From: Scenedesmus sp. PABB004
Taxonomy: Eukaryota
DNA: 64,000 nt
Direction: 5' to 3'
NCBI GenBank assembly: GCA_014905635.1
Contig: JABVCE010000026.1
Span: forward strand, 372,001-436,000
Shown here: positions 27,097 to 37,965 of the stretch, piece by piece
How positions within the stretch are numbered: the stretch's first letter is position 1
How the letters are laid out: each line of letters begins with the position of its first letter
Made by a program: the position numbers and the translations under genes
The notes under the pieces: model-generated
Database searches by the model: none
The model's input: only the letters and a program-made list of their open reading frames with translations
Told to the model about the DNA's origin: nothing

Positions 27097-28501
27097 ATGG
27101 GCCAGAAAGAGTTCATCACCTCCGAGGGCCTGCGACGAGACGGGCGCCGCGCCAAGGAGCTGCGTCGCATCAAGTGCGCCGTCGGCGTGCTCGCCAGCGC
27201 GGACGGGTCGGCGATGTTCGAGATGGGCAACACCCAGGCGCGCGGGCGCGGCGCCCGGGGTGCTGCCAGGGGCGCCACCCGGCGCTTCACGCTGGGAGCT
27301 GCGTCCCGCGCCCGCGGCGCCGCTGTGTGTGATGGCCGTGCCGCCGGCGACGGCCGCCGGCGCTGCTCGCCGCGCGCAGGTGCTCGCGTCCGTGTTCGGC
27401 CCGCGCGAGGTGGAGTCGCGCTCGGAGCGGCAGGAGGACCGCGCGATCGTCAAGTGTGAGTACGCGATGGCCAACTTCAGCACAGGTGCGCGGCCCGGCG
27501 CGCGCGCTGTGGCCGGCCAGCGCCGACGCCCAGCGCCGCCGCCGCCGGCGGACCCCGGCGCCCGGTCCCGCTCGAGCCCCCATGCTGCCACTGCCGCTGC
27601 CACTGCTGCTGCTGCTGCTGCTGCGCCAGGCGAGCGGCGGCGGCGCGGCAAGATGGACCGGCGCAGCACCGAGCTCTCCAAGGTCATCCGCAACACGCTG
27701 GAGCAGACGATCTGCCTCGAGCTGCTGCCGCGCAGCCAGATAGACGTGTGCGTGCAGGTGTGAGGCACGCGGCGCGCGCCCGCGCGCGTGGCTGCGCGGC
27801 CGTGCGGGGGCGCCAGCCAGCCGGCCGGCCGCTCGCTCACCGCCGCGGCGCCGCGCCGCGTTGCGCCGCAGGTGCTGCAGGCCGACGGCGGCACGCGCTG
27901 CGCGTGCATCAACGCGGCGGCCATGGCGCTCGCAGACGCGGGTATCCCGATGCGGGACATGGTCGCGGGTGGGGCGTGGCGGCGTGGGGGCGGGGCCGGC
28001 CGGCCCCCGCAGCGGCGCCTCCGCGGGGGCCGGCGCCGCGGCGGCGCGCCCTGCCCTCTCCGCGAACGCCGCCGCTGAGCGCCCCGTGCCCGCCGCGGCG
28101 CCGCGCCGGCAGGCGTCGCGGTGGGCCACCTGCAGAGCACGGCGCTGCTGGACCTCAACTACATGGAGGACGCCGGCGGCGGGCCCGACATCAGCGTCGC
28201 GCTGCACCCGAACCTCGACAGGCGCGGCGGCCGGCGGCGGCGAGCGGCGCCGCAGCGCGGCGGGCGGCGCGCGGCGCCGGCTGACGCCCGACGCGTGCGT
28301 GCGCCCCGCGCGCGCGCCGCCGCTGGGCGCCGCAGGCTGGTGCTGCTGCAGATGGACGGCCGGCTGGCGCCGGAGGTGTTTGAGGAGTGCGTCGCGCTCG
28401 CGGTCGACGGCTGCAAGGCGGTCGCCGCGGTCATGCGCAGCGAGCTGCTGAAGCACACGAAGCGCAGCGCCATCGCGCAGGGCCTGGGCGCCGCGGGCTA
28501 G
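27097..28501 (+). CDS. RRP41: Exosome complex component RRP41 (5 introns, 2 GC-AG)
   Basis: Motifs [52 protein letters not shown] and DAGIPMRD. Confidence 0.95.
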
Positions 28502-28764
28502 CGGCGGCGGCGCCGCGCCGGCACGGCGCAGTCGTGGGCGGCGGCGCAGCAGGCCTGAACCGCTCGAACCGACGACCGCTCGAACGCATCCGCGCGCGCC
28601 GCCGCCGCCGCCGCCGCGGCAGTCCCCGCGCAGCCACAGCCCCCCAGGCGAGACCCCGTCACCGTCACCGCCGCCCGTGCCCGCCCGCGCCGCGCCGCGC
28701 TGCGCTCGCCGCCGCCGCCGCTCGGCGCCCGGCGCGCCGGCGCGCCTCCGGCGATGCTGGCGTG

Positions 28765-31262
28765 ATGCATCAGAAGCAGCAGCAGCGCGCTCGGGCGAGG
28801 CCGCTGCGGGCCGGTGCGCGTGCGGGAGCGGCCGCGGCCGCAGCTCAGCGATGGCGGCGCCTCGCCCGGCGGGTGCTGGGGGCAGGGCGTGGCCGATCAG
28901 CGCAGCGCCTGTCGCTGAGCGCAGCTCATGCAAGCCGTAGGCCGCAGCCCCAGCCCGCGGCCGCAGCCCCAGCCCCCGCGCCAGCTGTCGCCGCTGCTCT
29001 CGCGCGCCCGCGAACAACCGCGCCGCGCCGCGCGGGCCGTGCAGGCGCCGTGCTCGCGCTGCTGGCCCTCCTGGTCCTCCTGGCGTTCCTGGCCGTCCCC
29101 GGGCGCTTTGGCGGCAGCTGCGGCAAGGCCGTCGTGCTGCCGCCCGCGGCGCCCGCCGCCGGCGGCGGCGGCGACCTGCGCGGCCTGGAGCACCTGCTGC
29201 CGCTCACCAACTTTTCGTCCCTCACGAGCGCCGCGCTGCTCGACGCGGGGACGGCGCGCGGCGCCGACCGCGCGGCGCTGCGCGAGCTGGTGCAGCTGCA
29301 CCAGCGCCTCTTCTGCGCGTCGGGCGCGCACCTGCAGGCGCTGCCGGGCACCACGCAGGCGCGCGCGCGCGCGGGGCGTGCGGGGACGCCGCCCTCGCGT
29401 GGCGGCGGCGTGCGGGCCGCCCGCCTTGCCCCAACCACGCGCCGCCGCCCCGAACCGCGCGCCGCGCCGCCGCCTCCCTCGCCCCGCCAGGTGCCGTTTG
29501 GCAACGTGTCGCTGCACGTCTATGACGGCCGGGACATCGTGAGCGACCAGCTCAAGGGGCGCTACCACACCTGGGAGAACGCCGAGGTGCAGGAGATGCT
29601 CTGGTGCGCGCGCGCGCGCGGCGGCGGGCGGCGGGCGGCGGGCGCTGGGGAGGGAGGCGGCCGGCGCGCGCCGGATGCCGGGCGCGGCGGCCGCGCGGGC
29701 GAGCGCCCGCCCTGCGCCGCGCGCAGGGCGCTCCAGCAGTACACCGCGCCGCGGCAGCGCGAGGCGGCGGCCGCGCGGCGGCAAGGCGCCGCGTCGGCCC
29801 GCGCCGAGCCGGCGCGGCCGCCGCTGCTCGTCGACGTCGGCGCCAACGTGGGCTGGTTCGCGCTCAACGGCGCCGCCGCCGGGGCGCGCATCGCCGCGTT
29901 TGAAGGTCCGCGCCGGCGCGCGCGCGCGGCCGCGGTCGCCGCTGCGCGCCGCCGCAATCACAAGCCACCCCCCGCGCCCCGTGCCGCTGCCTCCTGCAGC
30001 GATGCCGAGCAACATCGCCCTCATCCGCCGCTCCCTCTGCGCCAACCCGTGGCTCGCCGACCGCGTCGGCCTGTACGGCACGGGTGCGCGCCGCCGCCGG
30101 CGCCGGCGCGCCGCGCGCGGCCACGACCAGCGGTCGTGGCGGAGCGCAATGCCGTCGCCGCCGCCGCGGCCTGCCTAAACCCTGCCTGCCGGCGCAGGGC
30201 TCGGCGCGGAGCCCGGCACGTGCCACATCATCAGCGGCCGCACCAACCGCGGCGACGGGCACACCATCTGCGGCGCCAAGGACATCAACGAGGCGCTGCG
30301 CGCGCAGGGCGCGTCCAACAATGAGACATACGAGGCGCGCGGCGCAGCGCGGCCGGCCAGCTGCCGGCCGGCAGCGCGCGCGGCGCGGCGCGGCGCATCC
30401 GCGGCGCGGCGCTCGGGCGCGTCGCCGCGCACGCCGCCGCGCCGCCGCGCCGTGGTCCGTGGTCCGTGGTCCGCAGGTGCGCGGCGAGATGAGCGTGCGG
30501 CGCCTGGACGCGCTGCTGGCGGAGGAGGTGCAGGTGCTCAAGGTGGACGTGGAGGGCTTTGAGCTGCAGGTCCTCGAGGGCGCGGCGGGGCTGCTGGCCG
30601 AGCACGCCGTGTGGTGCGCACCACGCGCGCGCGCACGGCCCGCGACGCGCCCCGCGCCTTCGCGCCAGCGCGCCGGCCGCGGCCCCGCGCCCCGCGGCGG
30701 CGGCGCCGCCACCCCGCCACCCCGCCGCCGCGCCGCCGCGCCGGGGCCAGGTACATCATGGCCGAGTGCAACGGCGGCATCATCGGCCGGGAGGGGCAGC
30801 AGAAGTACCTCAGGTGGGCGCGCGGCTGCGCCGCACGGGGCCCCGGCCGCCGCCGCTCGTGCCCCGCCGCTCGCGCCCACACGCGCGCACACGCACTCCG
30901 CGCCACGCGCCCTGCCGCGCAGGTACCTGGACCGCATGGGTTACTACGTCAGCCTGCACAGCTTCCGCGGCCCGTTCCTGAACCCAGCGGCGATCGCGGC
31001 CGGCAGCGCCAACCTCGGCGGCCCCGGCGCCAACCCGAACCTCTACTGCGCGCGCCGGGAGCTCGTGCACCCCAGCGCCGTGCTCGGCGGGCGGGGGGCT
31101 ACGGGGGAGGCGCGCGCGGCGGCGGCCGTCGGCGCGGGCGCGGGCCCGCTCGGCGGCGGCGGCGCCGCGCCGGGGGCGCGGTCGCGGCAAAGGGCCTCGT
31201 CGCGTGACGGGGGCCGCGCGGGGGGTAGGGGGCGAGCCAGGTGGGGCATTCCTCCTCATTAG
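28765..31262 (+). CDS. FkbM-family SAM-dependent methyltransferase with N-terminal membrane anchor (7 introns, 2 GC-AG)
   Basis: TM segment VLALLALLVLLAFLAV; motifs LVDVGANVGWF, AAFEAMPSN and VLKVDVEGFELQVLEGA. The start codon is uncertain. Confidence 0.85.
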
Positions 31263-31650
31263 CTGCAGGCCGGTTTCATCGGGGATGCACAGTGCGCGTC
31301 GGGACCGAACTGGACCAGGGCTCTTGGGTGCGTTTTTTTTCAAACCCTTTCGCGACGGCGCTGCCTCCGCCCCGCCGGCGGGCCCTCGCTGGCCCGCAGT
31401 TCGCTCGAGCGCCGTGATCCCGCGCCCTGTAGCTGCGTCGGTGATGCTGCCGCGCCTGACAGCCAGGCTCGCCGCAGCAGCGACCGCAACCGCCGCCGCG
31501 CCCGGGCTGCACAGCGCCGCAGCGGCCCTGATCGCGGGCGCTCACCGTCTCCACCCGCCTACGCTCGCTCGTGGCTGCTTGCGCGCGCTGCCACCGGCCG
31601 CGCCGCGCACGCAGCAGCAGCTCGCGCGCCGGGCAGCAGCGACGGCGACG

Positions 31651-32457
31651 ATGGCGGCCGCGGCGGCGCGCTGCGGCGCCGGCCGAGCGCTGGGCCGCGC
31701 TCTGGCGCCGGCGCCGGCGCGCGCGGCCAGGCCGCTGGCCCTGCCGGCAGGGGGCGGCCTGCGCGGCAGCGCCCCCGCGCCGCGCCTGCCCGGCGCCGCA
31801 CGCCGCGCGCCGCCGCGCTCGCTGCCGCGCGCCGAGGCCGGCGGCGGCGGCGGCGCGGGTGCGGGCGCGGGCGGCGGCGCCAAGGGCTTCAGCGGCGGCG
31901 GCGGCGGCGCCGGCGCCGGCGACGGCGGGCTGTGGGGCGAGTACAACCGCCTGCTCGCGTCGCACCCGCTGCTCGTCAAGGCGGTCACGACCGCGGTGCT
32001 GTCGGCGCTGGGCAACGTGATTTGCCAGCTGCTCGTCGAGGGCGCGCCCGCGCTCGACGGCCGCCGCCTCGCGACGTTCACCGCGCTTGGGTTTGCCTGG
32101 GTCGCGCCGTGCCTGCACTTTTGGTTTGCGCGGCTCAACGCGCTCGTGCCGGCGGCCGGCAACGCCGGCGCGCTCGGGCGCATGGCGGTGGACCAGCTCT
32201 GCTTCGCGCCGGTGTTCATCGCCTCCATGATCGCCATCCTCGGCGCGCTCGAGGGCGCGAGCCCCGACGCGCTGCGCGGCCGCCTCGCGACCGACCTGCC
32301 GCCCGCGGTGCGCGCCAACTGGGCGCTGTGGGTGCCTGCGCAGTTTGTCAACTTCCGGTTCGTGCCGCCGGCAAACCAGGTGCTCTTTGCCAACGTCGTC
32401 GCGCTCGCGTGGAACGTCTACTTCTCCTTTGCGACCCGCCCCAAGGCGGCGGCGTGA
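31651..32457 (+). CDS. Mpv17/PMP22 family membrane protein, probably plastid-targeted (intronless)
   Basis: Motifs [23 protein letters not shown] and [17 protein letters not shown]. An alternative in-frame ATG lies at 31444. Confidence 0.9.
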   Translation: MAAAAARCGAGRALGRALAPAPARAARPLALPAGGGLRGSAPAPRLPGAARRAPPRSLPRAEAGGGGGAGAGAGGGAKGFSGGGGGAGAGDGGLWGEYNRLLASHPLLVKAVTTAVLSALGNVICQLLVEGAPALDGRRLATFTALGFAWVAPCLHFWFARLNALVPAAGNAGALGRMAVDQLCFAPVFIASMIAILGALEGASPDALRGRLATDLPPAVRANWALWVPAQFVNFRFVPPANQVLFANVVALAWNVYFSFATRPKAAA

Positions 32458-32677
32458 GCGCGCGGGGGCCGGCCGGCGCGGCGGCTGGCGCGGGCGGCCG
32501 GCGCCGCCGGGCGCGCAGGCGGCGCGCCGTGTCCCGGAGCGCGCGCGGGCGGCTCGTGCTGCGAGGGCGCGCGTGTCGAGCGCTGAGCCCATCGTAACCG
32601 ACGGACGTGTGTTGACCGATCCCAGCAGCACGCGCAGAACTGCGCGCCAGGCGGTCACGACCCCCCCCCCCCAGTGA

Positions 32678-35272
32678 TCACCGCTCCGGTCGCCGCCGCG
32701 TGCGCAGGTCGTACCGCCGCGCCTGCCCCCCGTCCAGCTGCTGCGCCTGCCCCGTGTCCGGCTGCTGCGGCTGCTGCCCGCCCCGCCGCCGCTGTCCCTG
32801 CCCCTGCGGCTGCGGCGCCGCTGCGCCGCCGCCGCCGCCGCCGCCGTCGCCGCCGCCGCCGCCCTCGCCGGGCGCCGCCGCGGCGGCGGCGCGCGGCCAG
32901 TCGGGCGCCGCCTCCACGCCCGCCGCGGGCTGCTGCCACTCCAGCAGGCGCCAGAACCAGTGCAGCGCGAGCGCGATGGCCACAAACACCAGCCCCGCCC
33001 ACGCGCCGACGCGGCGGAAGCGCCGCAGCCGCGCGAGCAGCGCGTCCTGGCTGTCCGGCGCGGCCATCGCAGCGTCATACACCGCCGCCGTGCGCGCCGC
33101 GACGTTGGGCCAGCTGTACATCGCCGCCACCTGCGGCGCGGCCGCGGCGCGCGGGCCGGTGGGGTCGCCGCTGGCCGGTGCAGCGCGCGCGCCGCGCGCC
33201 GCGCGCCGCGCGCCGCGCGCCGCGCGCCGCGCGGCGGGCCGGCGGGCGGCGCGCCGCGCACCCGCGCGTGCTGCGCGTGCGGGTCGAGCGCGGTCACGCG
33301 GGCGAGGCCCTCCTCCAGCGCGGCGAGCAGGTCCTCCGGCCCCGGCTCCGCGAGCAGCAGCACGTCGGGCGGCAGCACCTGCGCCCAAGCCCGGCGCGCG
33401 GCGCGCTCGGCCGGCGCCGGCGCCGACGCGGCGCGCGCCGCGCGCGGCGGCGCGGCGGCGCGGCGCGGCGGCGCGGCGGCGGCGCGGCGCGGCGGCGCGG
33501 CGCGGCGCGCCTCGGGCACGCCTCCGACGCGCGTCGACACGACGAGCAGCCCCGCGCTGGCCGCCTCCACGATGGCCATGCAGAAGGCCTCGGTGAGGCT
33601 CGCGTTGACAAAGATGTGCCCCTGCAGCTGCGGGGCGGCCGCGGTGGCGGTGGCGGCGGTGGTGACGGCGGTGAGCTCGGCAGCTGGCGGGGGTGGACGG
33701 GCGCGGCCGCCGCGCGGCGCCGCGGCAGGGAGGCGCGCGCGGCGCCGGCCGGCCGGCGCACCAGGAACTCGCGCGCGCGCTCGTGGGGTATGGCGCCCGC
33801 GAGGCGCACGCGCCCGGCGAGGCCCTCGTCCGCGACCATGGCCTCCAGCAGCGCGCGCTTGGGGCCGTCGCCGCCTGGCGGCGCGGCGCGGGGGCGCGGC
33901 GGCCGCGCTCAGCGCCGCGCTCAACGCGGCGACGGCCGGCGCCGCCGGCCGCAGCCGCACGCCGCGCGCTCATCGCGGGGCGCGGCGCGGCGCGGCGCCG
34001 CGGCGGCGCTGGCGCTGCGGGCCCACCGATGACCCAGTTGATGTGCGGGTGGCGGTGGCAGAGCTCCGGGATGACCAGGGCCAGCAAGTCGACGCCCTTG
34101 CGGTAGACGAGCCGGCTCAGCGCGACGACCGTGACCGGCTCGCCCGCGCGGCGCGGCCAGGGCCGCCCCGGCGCCGGCCCAAACTCGCTCGCGTCGACCG
34201 CTGCGCACGGTGGCGGCGGCGGCGGCGGCACGCGTGGGGCGCCGGTCTGCGCCGCGGCCTCCGCCGCCGCCCCTGCCGCGCACGCGCGCGCGCACCGTTT
34301 GGGATGACCGACACGTCCGCGGGGTGCAGCCCCGCGCGCAGCACCGTGTTCTCGCGGCTCGTGTGGCTCACGCACACCACGGCGCTCGCGTCAGCGAGCA
34401 CGCCCTTGAGCAGCTTGTTGGTCGCGATCGACGCCGCGTCGGCAAAGCCAAAGAGCGAGTGGTCGGTGAACACCGCCTGCGCCGCGGTCGGCCGGGCGGG
34501 CGGGTGTGTGGCCCCCGGCGCGCGTGTGGCGGGTGGCCGGCGGCGGCGGCGGCGGCGGCCTCGGGCGCGCCTGCAGGGCCGCAGGCGGCGCACGCGCCGC
34601 GCCGCGCCGCCGCGCCGCCGCGCGGCCGGCCCTGGCAGCGCGCCGCCCCTGGGGCGCGCGCGCACCCGGTAGCCCATCGTGCGCGCGTGCAGCAGCGCCT
34701 CGGCGCCGAGCGTGGAGAAGGCCTGGTGCGCGTGGAGCAGCGTGATGCGCTCGCGCAGCAGCACGAGGCGCAGCACCCGGAACGCGCCGACCCACGTCGG
34801 CATCGTGCTCTGCGCGTGGATGGGCCGCCGGTACAGGTAGTACACCTGCGGCACAGTGGCACGGCGGGCGCGGGCGCGTGGGCAGGGGGCGGCCCGAGCT
34901 CGCAGCGGCACACAGCGCCGGGCGCGGGCGCGGGCGCGCCACGTGCGTCCGCCGCCCGCCGCCGCGCCGGCGCGCGCGCGCGCGCCGCGCCTTGAGGCCG
35001 TTGGTGAGGTAGCGCACGCCGCCGGTGTCGCCGTAGGCGTGCGTCAGCACCACCACCTGCGCGCGCGGGACGTCGGCGTGGTGGGCCGCCGCGGGCCCGC
35101 GCTGCGCCGCGCCGCGCCGCGCCCCGCGCCGCACCTTGTGCCCCGCGTCCAGCAGGCACTGGCTGAGCTGGTAAATGTGGTTCTCCACGCCCCCAAAGTT
35201 GGGGTAGAAGAAGTCGCTGACCATGAGCACCGCGTGGCGGCGCCGCGGCGGCGGCGCGCTGGCGCCGGCCAT
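32678..35272 (-). CDS. PIGA: Phosphatidylinositol N-acetylglucosaminyltransferase subunit A (8 introns, 2 GC-AG)
   Basis: Motifs [42 protein letters not shown] and [17 protein letters not shown]. Confidence 0.96.
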
Positions 35273-35640
35273 CACGCCGAGCGCGCGCCGCCCGCCGCCG
35301 CCGCTGCCGGGCGCGCGCGCCGCGCCCGCGCCGGCGGCGGCGTCAGGCGTCGTCGGCCATGCCCAGGCCGCCCCGGCAGGGGCGTGCCCCGGCCCAGGCG
35401 GGCGCCTGGCGTGCGGGCTGTCGCGCCGGGCACCGCGGGCGCCCGCGCGCCGCCCGTGCGTGCAGGGCGAGCGGGTGACTCGGCGCGGCCGTCCCGCGCG
35501 GCCGGACCAGCAGGAAGTTTGGGGCGCCGGGTCTTAGGGGTCTGCTGCTGCTGCCCGCGGCCTTGCCCGCGGCCGCGCGCCGACCCCGCCCTCTTCGGTC
35601 AGCAGGCCCGGCGGGCGAGCACCTCGTGAGGCGCGCCGCC

Positions 35641-37725
35641 ATGGTGTCCCTCAAGCTGCAGAAGCGGCTCGCCGCGTCGGTGCTGGGCTGCGGCGTGCGC
35701 AAGGTCTGGCTGGACCCGGCGGAGACCAATGAGATCTCCATGGCCAACAGCAGTGAGTGCGGGGGCCGCCGGCGGCCGGCCGCCGATGCGGCGCGATGGG
35801 AGGCGGCCACGCCCTGTCCGCCCGCGCGGCGCGGCGGCTCGCGCGCGGGGGGCGGCCGGAGGACGCCGGGGGGCGCGGATCAGCGCCCGGAGCGGCCGCC
35901 ATGGCCGCGCGGCAGCAGGGGGCCATCACCGGCCCCCCGCGCGGCCGGCGCAGCGGGGGCCCGCGGGCGGCCCCGGGCGGACCGTCGGGCGTGGCCCCGG
36001 CCGCGCACGCCCGTGGCGGCGCCGGCGGCGGGCGGGCGGCGGGCGGCGCGGCGCGGCGGCGGCGGCGCAAGCAGCAGCAGCAGCGGCGCCGGGCCGAGCG
36101 GCCCGCCCCGCGCGCGTCCCCGCGCGCGCCCGCAGGGCAGAACATCCGCAAGCTGAAGAAGGACGGCTTCATCATCCGCAAGCCGGAGACCATCCACTCG
36201 CGCTCGCGCGCGCGCACCCAGGCCGAGGCCAAGGCCAAGGGCCGCCACACCGGCTACGGTGCGCGCGCGCGGGGGCACGCGGCGGGCGGGCGGGCGGGCG
36301 GGCGGGCGGGCGGGCGAGAGGGCGAGAGGGCGCGCTGGCGGGTGGCAGCGGCAGCGGGCAGCGGCGGCGGGCAGCGATGGCGGGCGGCGACGGTGGGCAG
36401 CGACGGCCGCGACGGCGGGCAGCGACGGCGGGCAGCGGCTGGAGCAGCGCTGGCGCTGGCGCGGCGCGCGTGCTGGTGCCGGCGGCGGAGCGACTGGAGC
36501 GGCAGCGCCAGCGCGCGGCTGCTCGGGCGGCTGCTCCGGTCGCCACCAGCACTGCTGCCGGCGGCCGCGGTCTTGGCGGCTGGTAGCGACAGCCCTCCTC
36601 CACGACCGCGGTCGCCGGCAGCAGTGCTGGTGGCGCCCGGAGCAGCCGCCAGAGCAGCAGCAGCAGCAGCAGCAGCGACGCCGCTCGCCCCTCCGCTGCG
36701 CGCGGCGCCGCCCCCGCGCACGCCGCGGCGCCCGCCCACGCCCACGCCCCCGCCCCTGCCGCCGCCGCGCGCGCAGGCAAGCGCCGCGGTACCCGCGAGG
36801 CGCGCCTGCCGACCAAGCTGCTGTGGATCCGCCGCCTGCGCGTGCTGCGCCGCCTGCTGCGCAAGTACCGCGACGCCAAGAAGATCGACAAGCACCTCTA
36901 CCACAGCCTCTACATGAAGGCACGAACCACCGCACTGCACGCGCTGCGCGCACTGCACGCGCGCGCGGCAGCGGCGCGGCGCCAGCGCGGCGCGGCAGCG
37001 GCGCCAGCGGCGCGGCGCAGCGGCCGGCCGCGGCGGCCACGGGCGCGCCCGGGGGCAGCGGCAGCGGCGGCGGGCAGCGGCGGCGGCCAGCGACAGCGGC
37101 TGGGCAGCGGCGGCGGCTGGGCAGCGGCAGCGGCTGGGGAGCGGCTGGGCACCGCCGGGCCGAGCCGCCCCGCTCGCTGCTCGCGCCGCTCGCCCCGCGC
37201 ACGCACGCGCCCCGCGCTCACCGCGCCCCGCGCCCGCGCCCGCAGGTCAAGGGTAACGTGTTCAAGAACAAGCGCGTGCTGATCGAGGCCGTGCACAAGC
37301 AGAAGGCGGAGAAGATCCGCGAGAAGGCGATCGCCGACCAGTTCGAGGCGCGCCGCGCCAAGAACAAGGCCAGCCGCGAGCGCAAGGCCGCGCGCCGCGA
37401 GGAGCGCCTCACCTCGGTGCGCGGCGGGGCGCGCGGGAGGGCGCGCGGGAGGGGAGGGGCGCGCGGGAGGGCGCGCGGGAGGGCGCGCGGCAGCGGGGCG
37501 CGGGGCGGGCGCGGGGGCGACGAGGCGCCGCCGCCTGGCGGCAGGGCAGCAGCACGGCCGTCGGCGCGCGCGCCAGCAGCCGCGGCGCTCGCTGCCTCGC
37601 GCGCGCGCCGCTCGCTCACGCGCGTCGTGGCCGCCGCGCCGCAGGGCATGCACATGGAGGTGGCGCCCGCCGCCGCCGCGCCGCCCGCCGCCGCCGCGCC
37701 CAAGGCCGCCAAGGCCAAGAAGTGA
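35641..37725 (+). CDS. RPL19: 60S ribosomal protein L19 (eL19; 4 introns, 1 GC-AG)
   Basis: Motifs [34 protein letters not shown] and [20 protein letters not shown]. Confidence 0.98.
36518..36658 (+). ncRNA. Candidate intronic pre-miRNA/siRNA hairpin in RPL19 intron 2
   Basis: Arms 36518-36575 and 36601-36658 are reverse complements over 58 nt, with 3 mismatches and 1 G-U pair. Confidence 0.45.
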
Positions 37726-37795
37726 GGCGGCCGTGGCAGCCAGCCGCGGGGCCGCGGGACGGCCCGGCAGTTGCGCTGGCGCGAGGGAGGGCAGG

Positions 37796-37800
37796 TGTAA
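37796..37800 (+). terminator. TGTAA polyadenylation signal of RPL19
   Basis: TGTAA about 70 nt after the stop codon. Confidence 0.75.
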
Positions 37801-37917
37801 CGACCCGAACGCACGTTGTGTGCCCGCGCGGGGCGAGGCCGCGATCGCGGGGCTGGCTGCGCGCGCGCGGGCTGTCAGCGGCAGCCGCCGCGGGGCCAGC
37901 AGCAGCCGTGCAGCTCG

Positions 37918-37922
37918 TTACA
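37918..37922 (-). terminator. TGTAA polyadenylation signal of the sulfotransferase
   Basis: TTACA on the + strand about 44 nt past the stop codon. Confidence 0.7.
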
Positions 37923-37965
37923 CGCGCGGCGCCGCCGTGCCCGTGAGCAGCAGCGGTCGGCCGCC

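Noticed and set aside
30174..30184. Telomere-like CCTAAACCCT (also about 40545-40553 and 54501)
   Set aside because: These are single copies. The intronic ones sit where a branch point is expected, and there is no array.
31240..31350. Lower-GC segment ending in T8 as a Pol III RNA or snoRNA
   Set aside because: I found no tRNA A/B boxes, snRNA signature or convincing C/D or H/ACA boxes. It is consistent with the FkbM 3'UTR.
35753..37245. Box C/D snoRNAs in RPL19 introns
   Set aside because: No RTGATGA box C was found on the sense strand of these introns.
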